DNA from: an uncultured Candidatus Binatia bacterium
Lineage (GTDB): Bacteria; Desulfobacterota; Binatia; UBA9968; CAXXLF01
Direction of reading: 5' to 3'
Length of the DNA stretch: 64,000 nt
NCBI GenBank assembly: GCA_965218425.1
Contig: OZ244621.1
Coordinates: 2,144,001 to 2,208,000 of the forward strand
The notes below the pieces were generated by a model that had not been told where the DNA came from, did not search any database, and saw only the letters and a program-made list of their open reading frames with translations. Position numbers and translations under genes: made by a program. Below are positions 52,852-62,622 of this stretch, in pieces. Position 1 is the first letter of the stretch. Every line of letters starts with the position of its first letter.

Positions 52852-53175
52852 CCTCAGCTATTTCTAAACAGGGGGACGCCGATTCTAGCTTGCAGGTGTG
52901 GAACAATCAATAGGATGGGATGGGAGTCAAAAGAGAAAGGAGTCGGGGTGACGGTTGATATAATCCAGGAGGGAATTCAACTAACCCCGGTCCGTCATTC
53001 ATTGGCGCTGGGAACCATTTCTGAACTCCGTCAGTTCAGAGGCTATCACTGAGAGTGCCATGAATGAGAAATTCACCTGCGGTAAAATTCGGGAGCCGCC
53101 ATTCATTGGGTCGCGAACCCGTGGGATGTCCAGTCCTGACGACTTACGGCGGGGTCATTTTTTGTCGGATCGGGG

Positions 53176-54465
53176 CTAGTCCAATTGTCGTATCCCAGGA
53201 ACGGCAACCGGTAGGGCCAGTGCCATTGCCATCACCAAAAAACCGCAGATTGCCACCGCAATCGGTGCGCCGGCAAATTCGGCAATGGAACCTGCAATCA
53301 TCCCTCCCAGCGGCATCAGGCTCCAGGTGAGACCGTAAACCGCCATGACTCTTCCCCTCAGCTGATCAGGCAAGTGGAGCTGAAGAACGCTGCCAATGGT
53401 GGTCAGGTAAAGGTCGTTGGCCCAGCCCACTAGGAAGATCAGTGCCAGAGACAGGGGGTACCAGGTTGAAAAACTAAATCCCATGAGCAGCAGGCCAAAG
53501 ACAAAGGCGCCAATTAGGGTTTGGATGCCTTTTTTGCCCGAACGGGAGAGGTAGGCTACAGTCAGTGCCCCGAGAACCGATCCGGCTCCACCAGTGGCCT
53601 GAAGAAAGCCAAAACCACGGGAGCCCACTTCGAGTATGTCCCGGGCAAAGACAGGCATCAGGATGACGTAGGACATGCCGAAGATGCCGTTAAACACCGA
53701 CAGGGCAATAAGCGAGTAAAAAATCTCGTGGGTTCGAATAAAATTGAGACCCTCTAGTATTTCCCCTAAAAAGCCCCTTTTGTTTTTCCAGGGGGCTCCC
53801 GGGTTAATATGGATGGCAAACACAAGTGCCACGGTAACGAGAAACCCAACTCCGCCGACATAAAAGGTCGATCCCACCCCGTACACGTAGATGAGCATTC
53901 CAGCGATGGCGGGTCCTACCAGATGACACAGCTGCCAGACGGTGTTTGTCAACGCTACGGCGTTGACCAGATCCTCTCGGGGAATGACCTGAGGCAAGAT
54001 GGCCTGGCGTGTGGGTTGATCAATGGAGCGCACGCAGCCCGCGAGGAATGCAAACAGGATGATATGCCAAACCTTTATCAAGTTGGTGCTGATGAGGATC
54101 GCGATAACAAAATAGAAGAAGGCCATGATGACTTCGGTAGCCAGGAAGAGTCGTTTCCTATCCGCGCGGTCGGCAATGGCCCCGCCGAATAACATGAAAA
54201 GCGAGGCGGGAAGCGCATTGCTTAGGCTCACCACCCCCAGCATCAAAGGAGAATTGGTGAGCTGGAGCACCAGCCAGCTCTGCGCCACATGGTGAAGCAT
54301 TCTGGCCAGGATGGAGGAGACCAAAGCAATCCAGTAGAGCCGAAAATTGCGGTGGCGTAGAGCCATGAACATCGCCATACGCCCCGCAGGCGCACGGACC
54401 GGCGACCGCGATTTGCCCGCCGTGGTATCTGACTTTAGCGGAAGTGTTTGATCTGGGTTGTCCAT
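53176..54465 (-). CDS. MFS transporter (MFS_3/DHA3-like)
   Basis: ALRHRNFRLYW, GGAIADRADRK, LRGRVMAVY. Confidence 0.9.
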   Translation of the reverse strand: MDNPDQTLPLKSDTTAGKSRSPVRAPAGRMAMFMALRHRNFRLYWIALVSSILARMLHHVAQSWLVLQLTNSPLMLGVVSLSNALPASLFMLFGGAIADRADRKRLFLATEVIMAFFYFVIAILISTNLIKVWHIILFAFLAGCVRSIDQPTRQAILPQVIPREDLVNAVALTNTVWQLCHLVGPAIAGMLIYVYGVGSTFYVGGVGFLVTVALVFAIHINPGAPWKNKRGFLGEILEGLNFIRTHEIFYSLIALSVFNGIFGMSYVILMPVFARDILEVGSRGFGFLQATGGAGSVLGALTVAYLSRSGKKGIQTLIGAFVFGLLLMGFSFSTWYPLSLALIFLVGWANDLYLTTIGSVLQLHLPDQLRGRVMAVYGLTWSLMPLGGMIAGSIAEFAGAPIAVAICGFLVMAMALALPVAVPGIRQLD

Positions 54466-54793
54466 GAGGGTGTCTCAGGGTTCGAGGGACTCTAGCACTG
54501 GACCTGGAACTTCGTCTGCCGTCTCCCGCAAACCCTTCTCCTGATGCCTCGCGGTGTCCTTACCGATCTTAGGAAAAGAACAGGATCACTGGAACCATGA
54601 CCGATGCACTCAAATTGAAATCCTGTGTCTTTTACAAGATGCCATAGAGAAACGCTGGCTGGTCCCGCTAGATGATACGCGGTGCAACGAAGAGTTCCCC
54701 GACTATCCACTGAACCGAAGCCGTTTGTTTAGAGCGTACGATCAGGAGGAGCACCGTTCCTTCGAAACGCTACAGTCTAAATGATGGAATGTC

Positions 54794-56482
54794 TTAAAGA
54801 CCCCGGCGTCCCCCGAACACTCGCTCGGGAGTGATTTGCTGCTGGTGCTGCCGCATCATCTCCCCCACCTTTAACCACTCTCCTTTCGCCATCAGCTCGG
54901 CGGCTTTCTTGTATTCTTCGGACCAGTAACCCAGCTCGTAGCCGTACCATGGCCACTTGAGCTTGGGTTCCGGGAGGCCCTGCGCCCTCCACAGTTCCAT
55001 AGCCCGCTCCATGTACTCTTTTTGCGGCAAAGCCACGGGGGGAAACGGGAACTTCCGCGTCGCGTTAATCAAAATACGCGAGCATACCTGCGCGTCTTCC
55101 GGCTTGCGCGGATCGATAGCCCAATGATCATACCCGGGAAGCGGCTTCAGGGGCTGCGAGGTTGGGATGTGGTGCATATTCCAGTCCCGGTCGGAGAAGG
55201 TCATGTCCTCCTTTGGCCGACAAGCGAAACTCAGGGCCCAGAAGATATTCTCGGGGTCATGAATATCCAGGTCGTGGTCAACGACAATATAGATCCGTGC
55301 CGGGCGCAAGAATGAATCAGTTGCATGGTGCAGGATTCGATCCACGGTCTCCTGCGACGTAGCTTCTTCTACTTGGATAACAGCAATTTGTGATTCCCCG
55401 GTGGCGGGCGGAAAGCTCACCGTTTTCACCGGCAGGTGCAGCCGGTACTTCAGGTAGTAATGCATCAACGCATTGTGGATCATGATGGAGACCTGGTCGC
55501 AATCGCTGGGCCATAGGCCCACCAGGACGTCCGTGAACATGGCGTTCTTCCTGTGGGTAATCGCAGTAACGTTCATCACCATACAGCTCCCCCCCTCGGA
55601 TTGCATATAACCGGCGTATTCTCCAAAGGGGAGGCGTGGCTCCACTACATCGGTGCTGATGTATCCTTCCACCACAATCTCGGCGTTGGCGGGCACTTCC
55701 AGGGGAACTGTTTTGCACCGTACCAGCTCAATGGGCCGGCCCTCGATCCCGCCTGCGAAGGAGTATTCGTTGAGCTCTGGGGGGTTGTTGTAGGGGAGGT
55801 CGGTGGATGAGGCAACCATCATTGAGGGATTGCATCCAATAATGTAAGCACAGGGGAGCCCCAGTTTGTCTCCCTTCTGAGCGATCTTCATCCAATGCTC
55901 GTTGAAGAAAACCCGGTGCCGGCCTGCGCCGATAACGATGCGATCACGGGCGTGCAGGAAACCGTTGTAACTGCCAAAGTTAAGGACGCCGGATTGTGGG
56001 TCCTTGCTCAAAAACGGCATGCCAAAACGTATGACACCGCTGAACCCCACCTCTTGAACGGGAACGGGGATTTCCGCCAGGCCTTTCTGTTGGAGTTCCG
56101 CACCGGTATGTATCTCTTGGTGCACGGGCCCGTCATCGATAACAACGGGTTGAATCGGGTGATCGTAGGCGTGGCACAACCGTTCGATTGCCTCGTCATA
56201 AGTCTCACAGCCCATGGCGTAGGTCATCAGGCGGTCGGAGGCGGAGTAGGCGCCGGACAGCACTTGCATGTCATAGGTCCGTCCGTTGGAATCTATGGGT
56301 TTTTCGAACAGGATCAGCTTTCGCTCCTCATCGGGCAGTCCCCGCTGCTGAATGCGTACAAAAGGTACCAACTCGGTATTCTTATTAATAGGTTCCTTGT
56401 AACGGAAAAGAAGACCGCGTTCATTCATCCGTTGCACGAACTCCCTGAGATCTTTGTAATATTCCATGTTTTTTCCCTCCAA
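54794..56482 (-). CDS. UbiD-family (de)carboxylase, atypical
   Basis: YYKDLREFV, ELVRCKTVPLEVPANAEIVVEG, PFGEYAGY, VTAITHR, VVDHDLDIHD..WAL. Confidence 0.9.
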   Translation of the reverse strand: MEGKNMEYYKDLREFVQRMNERGLLFRYKEPINKNTELVPFVRIQQRGLPDEERKLILFEKPIDSNGRTYDMQVLSGAYSASDRLMTYAMGCETYDEAIERLCHAYDHPIQPVVIDDGPVHQEIHTGAELQQKGLAEIPVPVQEVGFSGVIRFGMPFLSKDPQSGVLNFGSYNGFLHARDRIVIGAGRHRVFFNEHWMKIAQKGDKLGLPCAYIIGCNPSMMVASSTDLPYNNPPELNEYSFAGGIEGRPIELVRCKTVPLEVPANAEIVVEGYISTDVVEPRLPFGEYAGYMQSEGGSCMVMNVTAITHRKNAMFTDVLVGLWPSDCDQVSIMIHNALMHYYLKYRLHLPVKTVSFPPATGESQIAVIQVEEATSQETVDRILHHATDSFLRPARIYIVVDHDLDIHDPENIFWALSFACRPKEDMTFSDRDWNMHHIPTSQPLKPLPGYDHWAIDPRKPEDAQVCSRILINATRKFPFPPVALPQKEYMERAMELWRAQGLPEPKLKWPWYGYELGYWSEEYKKAAELMAKGEWLKVGEMMRQHQQQITPERVFGGRRGL

Positions 56483-56507
56483 GCCCTGGCCGGCCGTGAA
56501 TGGTCGG

Positions 56508-56536
56508 AACCTAGAGTGTTTATAGCTTTATGTCAA
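56508..56536 (-). promoter_or_regulatory. Putative sigma70 promoter of the ubiD-like gene
   Basis: Minus strand TTGACA-17-TAGGTT. Confidence 0.5.
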
Positions 56537-56692
56537 GCATCCTATGGCATCACGGTAGTGTTAATGTTTCATCTCGTCCGGCTGTTACACGGGTTTGTCT
56601 CAACCTGTGCAGGTTGAAAACGGTTATCAGCGGGTGGATTGAGTGACCTTTCTGAAAACTGAAACTTGAGTGGCCTGCACCCCTTTTTGTCC

Positions 56693-57517
56693 TCATCTAT
56701 AAGTTAGTGGTGTTTCGTTGTGGTCCGCTCCGGACCGGGTTGCAAACTCCATCGGTGTGAGTCCGTTAAGGCTCGTGTGTGGTCTTCTGGCGTTGTAGTC
56801 GACCCTCCAGTCTTCGATGATCTCTCGCGCATGGCGGTAGCTGATGAATATGTGCTCGTTCAGGCATTCATCACGCACACGCCCGATGAAGCTCTCCACC
56901 AACCCGTTCTGCATGGGCTTGCCCGGAGCGATGTCGTGCCACTCTACCCGGCGACCCTGCTGCCATCGCAGCATCGCATTCGACGTGAACTCGGTGCCGT
57001 TATCGGACACCACTAGGAGGGGATCACCGCGCCGTTGAGCGATGTGGTCCAGTTCTCGGGCAACCCGCTCTGCGGTGATGGAGTTGTCTACGATGGTGGC
57101 CAGGCACTCCCGTGTGAAGTCGTCGATCACGCAGAGCACACGGAAACGCCGGCTGTCGACCAAGGCGTCGGATGCGAAGTCCACCGACCAGCGCTGATTG
57201 GCCCCTTGCGGGATCGTCATCGGCGCCCGGCTCCCAAGCGCCCGCTTGCGACCGCCCCGTTTGCGCACCGCCAACTTCTCCTCCTTGTAGAGCTGGTAGA
57301 GCTTCTTGCGATTCACCACCATGCCTTCCCGCGCCAGCAACAGGTGCAGGCGCCGATACCCGAAACGACGGCGTTCCGCCGCCAGCTCCCGCAGCTTCTG
57401 CCGTAACTCCCCGTCATCCGGTCTCATCGACCGATAACGGTAGACCCGCGGCTCGATGCCCAACAGACCACAAGCCCGCCGCTGCGAGTCACCCTTTTCC
57501 TTCATCGCCCAGTCCAC
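56693..57517 (-). CDS. IS407-group transposase OrfB
   Basis: [38 protein letters not shown]. Confidence 0.92.
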   Translation of the reverse strand: MDWAMKEKGDSQRRACGLLGIEPRVYRYRSMRPDDGELRQKLRELAAERRRFGYRRLHLLLAREGMVVNRKKLYQLYKEEKLAVRKRGGRKRALGSRAPMTIPQGANQRWSVDFASDALVDSRRFRVLCVIDDFTRECLATIVDNSITAERVARELDHIAQRRGDPLLVVSDNGTEFTSNAMLRWQQGRRVEWHDIAPGKPMQNGLVESFIGRVRDECLNEHIFISYRHAREIIEDWRVDYNARRPHTSLNGLTPMEFATRSGADHNETPLTYR

Positions 57518-57540
57518 GGCTTCTCTCCTGGACCTGGGCG

Positions 57541-57807
57541 TCAGAAGTCTTTTCCCACCATCTCCTTGAGCGTCGATACGTCCAGCATCGCGTCCGCCAA
57601 AAGACGCTTCAGCTTGGCGTTCTCCGTCTCCAGGCTCCGAAGCCGTTTCGCCTCAGACACCTCCAGCCCGCTATACTTCGAGCGCCACTTGTACAACGTC
57701 GCGTCACTGACGCCGTGCTTGCGACACAGCTCCGTCGCCCCCAGCCCCGCCTGGTGCTCCTTCAGAATCCCGACGATCTGTGTTTCGCTGAACCTGCTCT
57801 TGCGCAT
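57541..57807 (-). CDS. IS407-group transposase OrfA
   Basis: [43 protein letters not shown]. Confidence 0.92.
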   Translation of the reverse strand: MRKSRFSETQIVGILKEHQAGLGATELCRKHGVSDATLYKWRSKYSGLEVSEAKRLRSLETENAKLKRLLADAMLDVSTLKEMVGKDF

Positions 57808-58114
57808 GCGTGCCCCTCCTCTTCGGTCAAAGACTAACCTCTAGGTGAGGACAATCAAGGGGAGCAGGTCAACCGCCCTATACGATTTTCGTTAGGAAAC
57901 CACCTCAGTCATTGGGGGCAAATCTTACCAACTAAGCATTTTGGAGGGGGACCGACCTACGGTATGCGTGAAGCCTCAATCCCCAATTGCAAGTGAGCAC
58001 TATGGTGGAACACTAAAGAATCAGTCAAAGTTAATCTTGCGGGGACCGTGCGGTCTGGGCAATGGAGAAGTGTTATTTCTCTCCCTCGGCATATCCATGA
58101 AGTTTGATATCTAT

Positions 58115-59290
58115 CTATTCCTCCAACTTCGAGTAGTAGTCCCTTAAGATGGTGAGCACTTCAGGTCGACTAAAGTGATCTGGAATCTCCTCGTCTCCGG
58201 ACAACATTTTTCTTAACATGGTTCCACTCAATAGGAGTCGATTGTCATTACTGTGGGGACAGGTCCTCATGGAGGCGATTCCGTCACATTTGTGACAGTA
58301 GAAGGTCCAGTCGATTTTGAGGGGTTGTATTTCCAGTGATCCTTCTGGGATCTCATCAAATATACGATGGGCATCGAAAGGACCATAGTAGTCCCCGACC
58401 CCCGCATGGTCCCGACCTACAATGAGATGGCTACAGCCGTAGTTCTGTCGGAACACGGCATGGAGCAGTGCCTCACGGGGACCACCATACCGCATTTCCA
58501 TCGGATAACCGGCTTGGATACAGGTGTCTTTAACAAAATAGTTCTCTACCAATGCGTTGACGGCTCTCACTCTTACCTCGGCAGGGATATCCCCAGCCTT
58601 GAGCTTTCCTACTAACTGGTGGATCAATAGACCGTCGCAAATCTCTATGGCGATCTTTGCCAAATATTCATGAGAGCGGTGCATTGGATTCCTAAGTTGC
58701 AGCGCAGCAACAGTGCTCCAACTCTTCTTCTCAAAAATTTCCCTAGTCTCGTTAGGACGCAGATACACATTTCTAAATAGCTCAGGGTAATAGCTCTCGC
58801 TGAACACTTTCACTCGACCGGCCAAGTTGACTTCACCTTGAGCCATGACTTTGACTACGCCGGGATGTTCCGTATCGGTGGTTTTGAAGACCTGCTTACA
58901 CTCGTAAGTCTTATCGATTGTGTATTTCTCATCTACGATCATGCTCCCCATGAGTTCGCTGGTCTCTTCGTCAACCAAACCAATTTCTTGCCTCACTTTC
59001 AGTCTCCCGGCCTGCTCCTTTGAGGTTGACAGCGTTATGGGAATTGGCCAAAAAACACCACCCATTGTCATATAGGCATCACAGACCCCTTTCCAGTCCT
59101 CCTTTCCCATGAATCCCTCAAGAGGTGTAAAGGCTCCAATGCCTAACATAATAAGGTCGGATGTCTCCCGAGATGTCATCGCAACTTGCGGCAAACTCTT
59201 GACCATTTGCTTCGTTTCTTTGAGTTCGTCCCCCGTAAGCAAGAGTTGCTTTAATCTCTTTTCTTTTCCGTGTGCGTTTACTAAGCTCAT
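58115..59290 (-). CDS. sat: Sulfate adenylyltransferase (Sat)
   Basis: [52 protein letters not shown]. Confidence 0.96.
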   Translation of the reverse strand: MSLVNAHGKEKRLKQLLLTGDELKETKQMVKSLPQVAMTSRETSDLIMLGIGAFTPLEGFMGKEDWKGVCDAYMTMGGVFWPIPITLSTSKEQAGRLKVRQEIGLVDEETSELMGSMIVDEKYTIDKTYECKQVFKTTDTEHPGVVKVMAQGEVNLAGRVKVFSESYYPELFRNVYLRPNETREIFEKKSWSTVAALQLRNPMHRSHEYLAKIAIEICDGLLIHQLVGKLKAGDIPAEVRVRAVNALVENYFVKDTCIQAGYPMEMRYGGPREALLHAVFRQNYGCSHLIVGRDHAGVGDYYGPFDAHRIFDEIPEGSLEIQPLKIDWTFYCHKCDGIASMRTCPHSNDNRLLLSGTMLRKMLSGDEEIPDHFSRPEVLTILRDYYSKLEE

Positions 59291-59345
59291 CTGTTTTATT
59301 TGTGATGTCTGTTTAAAGTGTTAGCTATATAAATTGATATCTTAA

Positions 59346-60191
59346 TTACATGTAACCTAACTTCCGCAACCTTTCCATAGCTTTTTCTTTATCCTGACGT
59401 CTTCCAGCGCGCTCCTCGGTGTTTTCTAGATCCTGTTCCCAGGCCGGAACGCCTTTGACCGAGATCTGGCTGCTGGTCTTTGCCCCCAGCGATCGATAAC
59501 CCTGCTCGTAGAGATTATTGTGCGGATTGTTGAAGGCCGCATAAGTATCCCACAAGTCCTTCTCGGTAAAATGCAGGATGGGACGAATTCGGGTATGTTC
59601 CGGCATCAAATCACCACCTGGGGAGAGCTCGAAGTAGGGATCATCGAACCTGGCGGGATGCTCATCCCATCTGAGCCCCTGAAAGACCGCTTTGATGTTG
59701 TGGCGCTCGAGCCACTGGTTAAAAACAACGGTCTTCATCAAATGGTTGCCACAATAGGATTCGGCCTCAAAGGGAAACTCTTCCTCTTTAAACTCGATAC
59801 GTTCAAGTTCTGCCTGGTTGCGCTTGTCCAAGTCCTTCACCTTTACAGTAGCACCTAAGGTATAATTGGCAGCCGTAAGCACATTCTCATTACGGCACAC
59901 CTCAAGGGGAACCTCCCATTCCTTTCTATATTTCTCAACAAACTCTTCAATTTCCTCAAATTCGTCTCCTTCGCCAATGATCATCGTAGCAGGAATAGAG
60001 ATCCCCTTTTCCTCACAGACCTGCCGGATAATCCAGAGGGTTAAACCACTGTCTTTCCCACCGGTCCAGGTGATCCCGAGTTCCTCCTGTTTAAACTTAT
60101 CAAACGCCTCTCTAATAACCGCTTTGGATAACTCAATCAGCTTGCCGCACTGTCTTTTCCTCTTCGCACTAATGGTTTTGTTAATTGGCAT
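59346..60191 (-). CDS. PAPS-reductase/CysD-superfamily adenine nucleotide protein
   Basis: WTGGKDS PP-loop, GLRWDE, RIRPILHF, GYRSLG, ERAGR; ATG 60191 after AGGAGG; no ECGLH and no Fe-S cysteines. Confidence 0.85.
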   Translation of the reverse strand: MPINKTISAKRKRQCGKLIELSKAVIREAFDKFKQEELGITWTGGKDSGLTLWIIRQVCEEKGISIPATMIIGEGDEFEEIEEFVEKYRKEWEVPLEVCRNENVLTAANYTLGATVKVKDLDKRNQAELERIEFKEEEFPFEAESYCGNHLMKTVVFNQWLERHNIKAVFQGLRWDEHPARFDDPYFELSPGGDLMPEHTRIRPILHFTEKDLWDTYAAFNNPHNNLYEQGYRSLGAKTSSQISVKGVPAWEQDLENTEERAGRRQDKEKAMERLRKLGYM

Positions 60192-60281
60192 TCTAATCCT
60201 CCTTAAATCTATAATTAAAACAACTGACCTCACGGTCTCCAGGGACAATTATTATAAATCAGTGGTAAATGGTAGTGGATC

Positions 60282-60432
60282 AGGCCTGAGACACATTTCC
60301 CATCTACTTGGACAGCTCCAACACCCTACCCTCGCCTTAATGATCTTCTGCTCCGCTGGCATCTTTCCCCTCGTTCCTTTTTGTAATCAGCGAGTTCTAC
60401 TTTATTGTCAGTTTCATGACACTTATTTTGCA
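60282..60432 (-). mobile_element. Remnant of an IS481-type left end and transposase N-terminus
   Basis: ATG 60362 reads MPAEQKIIKARVG/LELSK*MGNVSQA, resembling IS481 KLGLLELAKQLGNVSQAC; possible IR ending at 60432. Confidence 0.55.
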
Positions 60433-60543
60433 AAACTCTTAAAAAAAAGCCTTCGGAATCAATACCAAACACGCTACCTCATTTGCAAAAATCGGTCAAA
60501 CTAATCTTAGCACTACACTGATATAGCTGAGTTGCACAACAAT

Positions 60544-61212
60544 TTAGACGGCACCTCTCCAGTCACTGGTTGGGCCGCTAAATAACGTATCCAACGCCGC
60601 CACCTCCTCTACAACAACAGATGCTCCGGCACCCTCAAGCTCCTCGCGGCTACCGAAACCCCAGAGAACGCCGATTCCGTCTAGTCCATTACTTCTGGCA
60701 CCCACAATATCCTGTGCACGATCACCAACCATAACTGTACCGCAGGCGCCGATTTGCTCCCGTTCAAGGAGAAATTTAATTAGCTCTTTCTTTTCCGACC
60801 GACCACCGTCCAACTGCGCTCCGTAGACTCCATCAAAATATTCGCTCAAGCCAAAATGTTCTAAAACTCGTTCGGCATATACGCCTAGCTTAGTTGTTGC
60901 CACCCACAATCGGTAACTCTTTCTACGCAAAGTTATTAAAACATCGGGAATACCCTCGTATACCTGGTTCTCGAACATCCCATGCGCAGAGTAACGCTCC
61001 CGAAATTTTCCAACAGCTTCCTCAATAAGTCCCGGTGTCACGTCACCAAGGAGGCATCGGAATGTTTCTCGTAACGGCGGACCTATGAATTCCTCCAACC
61101 GACTTGCAGGCGGGGACTTATAGTCCAACGCTCTTACAGCGTAATCAATAGAACCCAGGATTCCGTCCCGCGGGTCGCTAAGAGTGCCGTCTAAGTCAAA
61201 GAGGATGTTCAT
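60544..61212 (-). CDS. HAD-family hydrolase (5'-nucleotidase/phosphoglycolate phosphatase-like)
   Basis: FDLDGTL, FIGPPL, VATTK, MVGDR..D, GVLWGFGS. Confidence 0.92.
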   Translation of the reverse strand: MNILFDLDGTLSDPRDGILGSIDYAVRALDYKSPPASRLEEFIGPPLRETFRCLLGDVTPGLIEEAVGKFRERYSAHGMFENQVYEGIPDVLITLRRKSYRLWVATTKLGVYAERVLEHFGLSEYFDGVYGAQLDGGRSEKKELIKFLLEREQIGACGTVMVGDRAQDIVGARSNGLDGIGVLWGFGSREELEGAGASVVVEEVAALDTLFSGPTSDWRGAV

Positions 61213-61356
61213 ACAACGGAGGGAATCCTGCTACCAACTATTGAATATACCAAAGGCCAATCCATGGCATGTTTCATGTTGCCAATAAGTCTCATTAGAG
61301 AATACATTTAAATTCTACCAGTGGGTATGACCTGCACCCCTTAAGGGAAGAGGCAA

Positions 61357-62565
61357 TTACCGAGCCCATCGCTGAACCCGTGGCAACAATTTATTCTTAA
61401 GATTCTCGGCCTCAGAGGATATTTTTACTATATTGTCTTTCTCTGCCGGATCTTTTTTAAGATCATACATCTCCCAGCTATCATCGGCGTCCCGATAAAT
61501 TAGCTTAAAATCCCCTTCACGATAAAAATAGATTGGTTTCTCACCACCTTTTTCCTTGTCACCATATTTATCAACTGCTTCTCCATGAACCCCTTTAATA
61601 GGATAATCCTCGATTGGGAATAGGGAGGACCCCTGAAACTTACTAACCGGCTCCAGACCAAAAAGTTGGAGGATGGTCGGAGGAATATCGAGATTGCTGA
61701 CGGCCTTGTCGCACACCTTGCCCTCCGATAAGCTGGGTTCAAATATGATTAAGGGGATGTTAACAAGTTCCGAATACATCTTTCCATCATGAGAAAGTCC
61801 ATTATGTTCAGCGAATTCGTCCCCATGATCTGGCAAAATAATCAGAACAGAATCGTTTAATACATTAGCGTTTTGCAAGATGCCAAAAAACTCTCTAACT
61901 GAGTCATCAACCTCACGGACCCCGGCACAGTAAAGTTTCCCGAGCAGGTCTACAGTATCCTTGTTTGAAACATCTCTTTTCAGGAGAACATTCTTAAACA
62001 GGGCATACATGTCATGTTTGCTCATGCTTATGGAAGGATCGATAAGATCAATATATTTTTTTTGTGGAATGTAGGGCTCATGAACGTCCATGTAATGAGT
62101 CCACAAGAAAAACGGCTTCCCTATTCCCTTCTGAGTCCCCAACCAGGCCGCAACTTTACTGTTTATAACAGAGGCCTCCATATAGGGAACTTCATCGGAG
62201 ACATCGTCCTCCATAGAATCATAAAAGTTGTCCCAACCCCGATCCCACCCAAAATAGGCACACAAATAGGGGTTAGAGTGAAATCCGGCCGTTACGATTC
62301 CTTTTTGGTGAAGGACCTCAGAAATCAACACTCTGTCAGGGTTTAATTTTTTGTCCTTTGAATAGCCGTAGTCAAGATAGTAGGATGAAGTGAGAATTCC
62401 TGGAAATCCCGCTTGAGTGTATGGCCCCACTGACCAAGCATTGTTAAATCTGGTACACTGATTCTGTATGGAATCTATAAAGGGTGTCAGTTGTTTTTCA
62501 GCTCCATAGCAACCTACAACATCCCTCCTTAGTGCGTCTATGGTCAACAGAATGACATTTTTCAT
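61357..62565 (-). CDS. Sulfatase-like alkaline-phosphatase-superfamily protein (Thr at the nucleophile position)
   Basis: NVILLTIDALRRD, PYTQAGFPGILTS, HYMDVHEPY, DHGDEF..H, YDLKKDPAE. Confidence 0.85.
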   Translation of the reverse strand: MKNVILLTIDALRRDVVGCYGAEKQLTPFIDSIQNQCTRFNNAWSVGPYTQAGFPGILTSSYYLDYGYSKDKKLNPDRVLISEVLHQKGIVTAGFHSNPYLCAYFGWDRGWDNFYDSMEDDVSDEVPYMEASVINSKVAAWLGTQKGIGKPFFLWTHYMDVHEPYIPQKKYIDLIDPSISMSKHDMYALFKNVLLKRDVSNKDTVDLLGKLYCAGVREVDDSVREFFGILQNANVLNDSVLIILPDHGDEFAEHNGLSHDGKMYSELVNIPLIIFEPSLSEGKVCDKAVSNLDIPPTILQLFGLEPVSKFQGSSLFPIEDYPIKGVHGEAVDKYGDKEKGGEKPIYFYREGDFKLIYRDADDSWEMYDLKKDPAEKDNIVKISSEAENLKNKLLPRVQRWAR

Positions 62566-62622
62566 TGGGAGCTCCGCTACGAGAAAAAGAAAGATAACCG
62601 AAAACAAATAGATCGGCTAAAT

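Larger units (their letters stand above)
56671..57871 (-). mobile_element. IS3-family (IS407 group) element, 1201 bp
   Basis: IRs begin tggcctgcaccc..ttgtcctca / (rc) tgacctgctcccc..ttgtcctca; no matching TSD. Confidence 0.92.

Noticed and set aside
54492..54790. Short ORFs between ubiD and the MFS gene
   Set aside because: No recognisable family; probably a decayed fragment
60272..60293. Match to the IS481 end at 42481 (gtagtggatcag..tgagaca)
   Set aside because: Short and gapped, and it overlaps the transposase-remnant codons; may be chance
60545..60580. attC-like start (minus-strand GCCCAACcagtgactggag) suggesting the HAD gene is an integron cassette
   Set aside because: No matching GTTRRRY arm or palindrome, and no integrase in the window
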